64,000 bases of DNA from an uncultured Actinomycetes bacterium (GTDB lineage Bacteria; Actinomycetota; Acidimicrobiia; Acidimicrobiales; Ilumatobacteraceae). This document shows positions 57,401-64,000 of this stretch, in pieces. How positions within the stretch are numbered: position 1 is the first letter of the stretch; each line of letters starts with the position of its first letter. The translations under genes and the position numbers were made by a program. The notes under the pieces are model-generated. The model did not search any database, was not told the origin of the DNA, and saw only the letters and a list, made by a program, of their open reading frames with translations. The DNA is taken from NCBI GenBank assembly GCA_963822385.1, contig CAWGHJ010000003.1:1627919-1691918 (forward strand), in the 5' to 3' direction.

Positions 57401-58793
57401 ATGAGCGACCACTCCGCACCCTCGATGACCGCATGGCCGGCCGACGCACCACCCGGCTTCCACCTGCTCGCCAAACCGAGCGGGTCGACGTGCAACATCG
57501 ACTGCACCTACTGCTTCTTCCTGTCCAAGGAAGCGCTGTACCCGAACGACAAGAGCCGCATGTCGGCCGCCACGCTGGAGGCGTACATCCGCCAGCTGCT
57601 CGAGTCGCACCGGGCACCGAACGTCACCGTCGCCTGGCAGGGTGGCGAACCGACCCTGATGCGCGTCGAGTTCTTTCGCAAGGCGGTCGAGCTGGTCGAG
57701 CAGTACCGCCGGCCCGACCAGGTGGTGCAGCACACGTTCCAGACCAACGGCATCCTGCTCGACGACGAGTGGTGCGAGTTCTTCGCCGAGCACGACTTCC
57801 TCGTCGGCCTCAGCGTCGACGGCCCCAAGGAGCTGCACGACACCTACCGTGTCGACCGGCGGGCGCAGGGCACCTGGGACAAGGTGATGAACGGGTGGAG
57901 GCTGCTGCGCCGCCACGGGGTGGAGTTCAACATCCTGTGCACGGTCAACGCGGCCAACGAGCGCCACGGACGCGACGTCTATCGGTTCCTCCGCGACGAC
58001 CTGGGCGCGAAGTGGATGCAGTTCATCCCCATCGTCGAACGGGCCAGCGCCGAGACCCTGGCCATCGCCAACCAGGGGTGGAGCGTGCGCGAGGACGGGC
58101 GCAAGCGCTTGCTCTACACCCAGACGGGCAACCTGGTCACCGAGCGCTCGGTGGGGTCGCGACAGTACGGTCAGTTCCTCGTCGACATCTTCGAGGAATG
58201 GGTGCGGCACGACGTCGCCTCGGTCTTCGTGCAGATGTTCGACGTCACGCTCGGAGGCGATGTTCGATCGCCACCTGCTGTGCATCCACGCACCCACCTG
58301 CGGCTACGGGCCGGCCATCGAGCACAACGGCGACCTGTACAGCTGCGACCACTTCGTCGAACCCGACTACCTGCTCGGCAACATCCACGAGACCCACATG
58401 GTCGAACTGATCAGCAAACCCGAGCAGCGCAAGTTCGGTCAGGACAAGCGCGACCTGCTGACCCAGCAGTGCCAGGGCTGCAAGGTGCGCCACCTGTGCA
58501 ACGGCGGCTGCCCCAAGGACCGCTTCGGCACCTCCCGCGACGGCGAGGCCGGGCAGAACTACCTGTGCGAGGGCCTCGAGCTCTTCTTCATGCACACGGG
58601 GCCTGCCTTCACCGGGATGGCACAACTGCTGCAGCAGGGTCGTGCACCGTCCGAGGCGATGGCCGTCGTCAAGGCCGAGGACGCCCGCCGCGGCCCCTAC
58701 GTGCCGTGCCCGTGCGGCAGCGGCGAGAAGTTCCGCTTCTGCCACGGCCCGAAGGCGGCTCGGTCGCCATTCACCGGCGTCGCCGCTCAGTGA
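57401..58793 (+). pseudogene. anaerobic sulfatase-maturating enzyme (radical SAM / SPASM) with C-terminal SEC-C motif, frameshifted near 58255
   Basis: CNIDCTYCF is the radical-SAM cluster motif. Also present are GGEPTLM and SPASM cysteines (CGYG..YSCDHF; QQCQGCKVRHLCNGGCPKDR). The C-terminus is PCPCGSGEKFRFCHG. Confidence 0.85.
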
Positions 58794-59020
58794 TTCGGTC
58801 GTGAACCGGCGGCGCGTCGGTCGGCTCGTCGAACCTCGACCAGCGCGGCGCCGATGACGCGCAGGCGGTCGAGCACGCCGTTGAGCGCGGCCTGGTCCAG
58901 CGGAACGGTTTGCAGCACGGTGGCACCGCAGGCACGACGGATGTCCACGTCGGCGAACGCCGCGGACGACAACTCGTCGAGCTCTCCCTCGATCGTGATC
59001 CGATAGGCGATGTCCGCCAT
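58787..59020 (-). CDS. small hypothetical protein
   Basis: 77-aa ORF: MADIAYRITIEGELDELSSAAFADVD..LDQAALNGVLDRLRVIGAALVEVRR. No family was recognised. Confidence 0.4.
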   Translation of the reverse strand: MADIAYRITIEGELDELSSAAFADVDIRRACGATVLQTVPLDQAALNGVLDRLRVIGAALVEVRRADRRAAGSRPNH

Positions 59021-59131
59021 GGAGCCGTGTCCCCTCTTCCATCAGCGCGTCAGTGAATTCTGATGAGCGGACCCGTCGGAGGCGTCACCCCTGAAAGGTG
59101 AACGCGTCCGCTGCACCTAGGCTGCCCCCTC

Positions 59132-61795
59132 GTGACGTCGGCGGAGGAGCACCAGCAGCTCCCGGTGGCATCGCGCCCGCCGGTGTTCGCCCGCACCAAG
59201 TTCCTCGCGCCGCAGCCGCGTACGACGCTGGTCCCGCGGGACCAGCTCGTCCGCAGGCTGCACGAGGCCGACTCGCTGCCGCTGACGATCGTCGTCGGCC
59301 CTCCCGGATGCGGCAAGACGTCGCTTCTGGCCGACTGGTTCCGCCACGACGACGACGGCAGCATCGCCTGGCTGGCCGCCGATCGAGGCGACGAGGATCC
59401 CGAACGCTTCTGGCACGCGTTCATCCGCGCCGTCCAGCAGGTGACGCCGTCGTTCGGCGTGGAGGCCGCCGACCTGATCACGCTCGACGGCCATGTGAAC
59501 AGCGACGTGCTCGAGTCCATGCTCGACGACGACGCTCGCCTCGACGAGCGGGTGCGCATCGTCCTCGACGACTTCCATCTGGTGTCGCTCGCCGCCGCGC
59601 AGCAACTGCAGCAGCTGCTCGAGCGCGGCCTGCAACACCTGCGACTGATCATCGGCAGTCGCAGCGACCCAGCGGTGGGTCTGTATCGGTTGCGCCTTCA
59701 ACGGTCGGTCTGCGAGGTCCGTGAACGCGACCTTCGACTGGACATCGACGAGACCCGGGCACTGGTGGCGAACATCGGCATCGACCCCGATGCGGTCGAC
59801 GTGCAGGCGTTGCTCGACCGCACCGAGGGGTGGGCGGCCGGGGTACAGATGGCTGCGTTGTCGGTGCTGGGCACCGACGACCCTGCGGCCCGAGTCCTCG
59901 AACTCGCCGGCACGACGCAGACGATCGCCGGCTACCTGACCACCGAGGTGCTGGCCAACCAGCCCGAGTCCGTGCGCCAGTTCCTGGAGGACACGTGCGT
60001 GGTCGACGAGCTCGACGCGGCCATGTGCGAGGCGTTGACACACCAGCACACGTCGGCCGACGGCGCCGGACGGGTGACGCTCGAGCAGGTGGAGGCCGCC
60101 CACCTGCTGCTCCACCGGATCGACGCGGCGGGCACGGTGTTCCGCTACCACCACCTGTTCGCCGAGATGCTCCGCCACCGACTGAACGCCGGCTCGCCGG
60201 AGCGCTTCCGCGAGCAGCACCGTCTGGCCGCGGAGCAGTACGAGCGCGTCGGGAACATCAGCGATGCCGTGCGGCACTTCTGGCACGCCGGTCGGGCCAC
60301 CGAAGGGGCACGACTGCTGCGTGGGCACCTGGTGAACGTGTACCTCAGCACCGGAGCACCACCACCGGTGGACCTGACCATCCTGCCCAGCGACGACGCC
60401 CTCCGCGACGCGCCCGGCGACGCGGTCGGGTACGCGGTGGGGCTGATGCTGAACGGGCACACCCAGCTCGCGGCGTCACTGATGCGGCGGGCCGATGCGG
60501 CACGGCAACCGGGCACGACACCGCACCTCGACGCCGTGCACATCACCGGTGCCCGCATCGCCACCGAGCTCTCGACCGGCAACACCGAGACCGCGGTCCG
60601 GCTGACACGTGAGTTCCTGATGCTCATCGACGGCCAGGAACTGGACCACGACGACTGGGTGGCGGCGTCCATCCCGTTCGGCATCAGGGCCGCCATCTGG
60701 GAGGGCGAGTTGCAGCTCGCCGAGGAGTTGGCCGACAAGGTCCGCCGACACGTGGACCCGCGGGTGGCCGGGGTCGACGTCACGGGGGCGTTGGGACTGC
60801 TGGCGCTGGAACGCGGCCACCTCGAGACGGCGATCGAGCTGAGCCGAGGCCGCGCACGCGACGGCGCTCGACCTCGACGTCGCCGGCAGCGGCCCACACG
60901 TCGCGGCCCGTGCCGTCCTGGGCACCGCACTGCTCGACATGGGCCGCCTGGTCGAAGCCGAACCCGAGCTGGTGACCGTCGCCCAGTCGCCACGGCTCGA
61001 ACGCGTCCCGTCGTACGTGATGAGCGTCATCGGGCACCGCCCGGCTCCTGCGCGCCAAGGGCAACTTCGACGCGGCCGTCCGCCTGCTCAGCGAGGCCCG
61101 GTCCCGTCTCCGCGCCGCGGCACCCGGCCCGACGCTGCTCGCCCGCCTCGACCTCGCCGAGGCGTCGCTGCACCTCGTGCTCGGCGACATCGATCGATCG
61201 ACAGGCCTCTCCGACGCGCTGCCCGAGAGCTTCCGCACCGCAGCTCATGCGCGGTTGGGTGCAGGTGCTGCGCCGGAACTGGTCGGCGGCGACCGCCGTC
61301 GAGGAACTGCTCACCGGGAGGGCGACCACGCTGCGCGAGCGGTTCGACCTGTCGCTCCTGCGACTGCGCATCGCGCTCGACCGCGAGGCCGACGAGGCGA
61401 TCGTCGGCGCCGCGGCCTCCGCCGTGCTCGACCTGGCCGAGCACACCGGGTTCGTGTTCCCCGTCGCCGAGGCCGGCACCGACGTCCTCCACGCCGTGGC
61501 CGCTGCGGCCAGGCGCCGCCCGCGCACGCACGCAGTCGAACGCCTGCTGCTGGCCCAGCCCCTCCCCCGCCCGGCCGACCAGGCCCGACCTCAGTACCGG
61601 GTGGACGAGCTGTCGAGCCGCGAGCTGATCGTGCTGCGCTACATGGCCACGTCGATGAGCAACCAGGAGATCGCCGACGCCCTGTACCTGTCGGTGAACA
61701 CGGTGAAGACGCACATCAAGCACGTGCTGCGCAAACTCGGCGCGTCGTCGCGTACCGAGGCGACCAAACGGGCCCGCGAGCTGCACTACCTGTGA
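59132..61795 (+). pseudogene. LAL/MalT-type LuxR-family transcriptional regulator with an internal out-of-frame stretch (about 60845-61250)
   Basis: Walker A GPPGCGKTSLL is followed by a long helical/TPR-like middle and a C-terminal LuxR HTH (LSSRELIVLRYMATSMSNQEIADALYLSVNTVKTHIKHVLRKLG). The middle 130 aa of the long ORF is Arg/Pro-rich nonsense. Sensible sequence there lies in the other two frames. Confidence 0.8.
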
Positions 61796-61879
61796 CGTCC
61801 TCGGTCGCGCCTGGCGACTGTGACGTGTGCATCGTCGGTCCTGGTGGTGGTTCACGGTCGCCACTGACAGAATGCCCTC

Positions 61880-63508
61880 ATGGCCTCCCGTGACGCGCAC
61901 CTTGCTCGAATCGACGGCGGATCGTTCGACGTCCTGATCGTGGGGGGCGGCATCAACGGGGCCGTGGCCGCCGCTTCGCTGGCGGGCCGTGGCGCGTCGG
62001 TGGCGCTCATCGATCGCGGCGACTTCGGTGCACTTCACCAGCCAGGAGTCGTCGAACCTGGTGTGGGGCGGCTTCAAGTACCTCGAGCACTACGAGTTCC
62101 TGCTCGTCTGGAAGCTGTGCCGGTCGCGGAATCGGCTGATGAAGGCGTACCCCGACAACATCAAGGAGATCAGCTTCCTCGCCAGCCTCGACGAGACCGC
62201 GCCGTACGCGCCGTGGTTCGCCGGACTCGGGGCGCTGGGCTACTGGGGCATCGGCCAGTTCGGCACCCGCTACCCGCGTGCTGTTGAAGAAGGACACCAT
62301 CGAGCAGGACGAGCCGGCGATCAACACCGATCGACGTGCGCGGCGGCATCGAGTACCGCGACGCCTACCTCATCGACAACGACTCGCGCTTCGTGTTCTC
62401 GTTCGTGCGCTCGGCGCATCGAGGCCGGGGCGACGGCCGCGAACTACGTCGAGCTGGTGAACGCCGACCCGCGAAGGCGACCGCTGGCGAGTCGAGTTGC
62501 GCGACACCGACTCGGGCGCGCACGTACACCACGTCGGCGAGGGTGGTCATCAACGCCGCCGGTCCGTTCGTCGACGAGCTGAACCGCCAGTTGGGGCTCG
62601 ACCACCGACCACCGCATCGTCTACTCGAAGGGCATCCACCTCGTGGTGCCGCGCCTCACCACCGACCGACCACAACCGGGTGCTCGCGTTCTTCGACGAC
62701 ACCCAGCGCCTGTTCTACGTGATCCCGATGGGTCGGCGATCGGTGATCGGCACCACCGACACGCGCGTCGACGACGCCGACACGCGAGGTCACCGACGAG
62801 GACCGCGACTTCCTGCTCGGGCAGATCAACGCCCGCCTCGACCTGCGCCACGCCGCTCACCACGGACGACATCATCTCCGAGCGCTGCGGCGTGCGGCCG
62901 CTCGTGGTGAAGACGAGCGGCCGGCAACACCGACGACGTCGACTGGACGTCGCTCAGTCGCAAGCACGCCATCGAGACCGACCGCAAGCGGCGGGTCGTC
63001 ACCATCTTCGGCGGCAAGCTCACCGACTGCCTGAACGTCGGCGAAGAGGTCGCCGAGGAGGTCGAGTGACTCGGCGTCCCGCTCGAGAAGGACCTGCACA
63101 ACTGGTACGGCGAGCCGGCCAAGGCCACCCGCGACGAGTTCTACCGGCAGGCCCGGCTGATGAAGCTCGACTCGTTGCGCACCAAGCCCGACACCGAACC
63201 ACTCACCGATCGGTTGTGGCGCCGGTACGGGCGTCGCGCGTTCTCGATGCTCGAGGCCATCCGCGACGACCCGCGCATGGGCGAGGACATCATGGACAGC
63301 GCCGACTACCTGCGCGTCGAGCTGCACCTCGGCGGCACACACCGAGATGATCACCAAGCTCGAGGACTTCATGCGCCGCCGCTCGAAGATCGACCTGGTG
63401 GTGCCCGAGGACGACATCGTCGAGTCGGCCGGCCTGCGCGAGGTGGCCGAGATCCTGTTCGGCGACGACGCCGATCGCCGCCTGCAGGAGTACCTGGCCG
63501 CGCGCTAG
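61880..63508 (+). pseudogene. glpD: FAD-dependent glycerol-3-phosphate dehydrogenase, at least 10 frameshifts
   Basis: The N-terminus FDVLIVGGGINGAVAAASLAGRG is the FAD-binding fold. Segments are then scattered over three frames: TSQESSNLVWGGFKYLEHYEF.., GGIEYRDAYLIDNDSRFVFSF.., VVINAAGPFVDEL.., VLAFFDDTQRLFYVIPMG... Confidence 0.8.
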
Positions 63509-64000
63509 AGACCGAGTCGCTCGGTGGCGACGGTCTTCAGTCGCTTGTAGTCCACCTTGCCGTTCGGCGCACGTCCGATGGTGTCGACCACGACCAACTG
63601 ACGCGGCGCCTTGTAGTGCGCCAGGTGCGACTTGACGTGATCGGCGAGCTCGTCGAGCGTCGGCGCCGCGCCATCGGTGGCTTCGACCACCGCACAGATG
63701 GTCTCACCGAAGCGCGCATCGGGCAGGCCCACCGCGACCGCGTCGCGCACCGCCGGGTGCTGCTTCAGCGCCTCCTCGACCTCCTCGGGGAACACCTTTT
63801 CGCCACCGGTATTGATGCAGACGGAACCGCGGCCGAGCAGCACCAACGTGCCGTCCTCGTTCACCTCGGCCCAGTCGCCGGGGACGGACCAGCGCTGACC
63901 CTCGTACGTGCGGAACGTCTGTGCGGTCTTGGCCTCGTCCTTGTAGTAGCCGAGCGGGATGAATCCTCCGACGGCCACCACGCCACGCTCTCCCGAACCG
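63505..64000 (-). CDS. acyl-CoA synthetase, C-terminal part (5' end beyond the window)
   Basis: GYYKDEAKTAQTF..WSVPGDWAEVNEDGTLVLLGRGSVCINTGGEKVFPEEVE...YKAPRQLVVVDTIGRAPNGKVDY. Confidence 0.85.
   Translation of the reverse strand, partial: GSGERGVVAVGGFIPLGYYKDEAKTAQTFRTYEGQRWSVPGDWAEVNEDGTLVLLGRGSVCINTGGEKVFPEEVEEALKQHPAVRDAVAVGLPDARFGETICAVVEATDGAAPTLDELADHVKSHLAHYKAPRQLVVVDTIGRAPNGKVDYKRLKTVATERLGL

Noticed and set aside
55679-58804. 1041-aa ORF spanning the SulP gene and the maturase
   Set aside because: Its first 570 aa are antisense to the clearly real SulP permease and have junk composition. Only the part from 57401 (MSDHSAP...) is a real gene.

Overview
This is 64 kb of a high-G+C, actinobacterial-type chromosome, and most of it is core metabolism and housekeeping. 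In order it contains:
- an acyl-CoA carboxylase plus AtuA-like pair
- an ECF sigma / anti-sigma pair
- an MtrAB/LpqB-like two-component locus
- era
- several acyl-CoA / fatty-acid genes
- a menaquinone cluster (menG, menF, menD, menH, menA, menE)
- the phoH-ybeY-corC block
- a GGDEF-EAL protein
- a flotillin
- transporters (MFS, SulP x2, TauE, AI-2E, CPA1)
- a sulfatase / sulfatase-maturase locus
- a LAL/LuxR regulator
- glpD

No rRNA, tRNA, CRISPR array, transposase or integrase was recognised.

The outstanding region is a lower-G+C island at about 35.7-40.7 kb. Eight short, tightly packed ORFs are separated by nine same-orientation copies of a 45-65 bp imperfect-palindromic repeat with core CTGCCGMTAGGTGCG. 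The ORFs encode an ankyrin protein, a Zn-ribbon protein, a DUF4304-like protein, lipoproteins and small membrane proteins. The layout resembles an integron cassette array, but there is no canonical attC signature and no recombinase in view. A strong nested hairpin precedes the array. A DUF222/HNH (REP13E12-type) gene follows it, and that gene's textbook promoter carries a perfect SOS box (TCGAACGTATGTTCGA).

A second, unrelated repeat family occurs in tandem at two intergenic sites and singly at two more. It is a 26-bp unit built around GAAC-N4-GTTC palindromes.

About 35 or more single-base frame disruptions interrupt otherwise well-conserved genes. They are heavily clustered in the sulfatase, LuxR and glpD genes. 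Two that I resolved to nucleotide level sit at homopolymer runs, so sequencing error and real decay both need to be considered.
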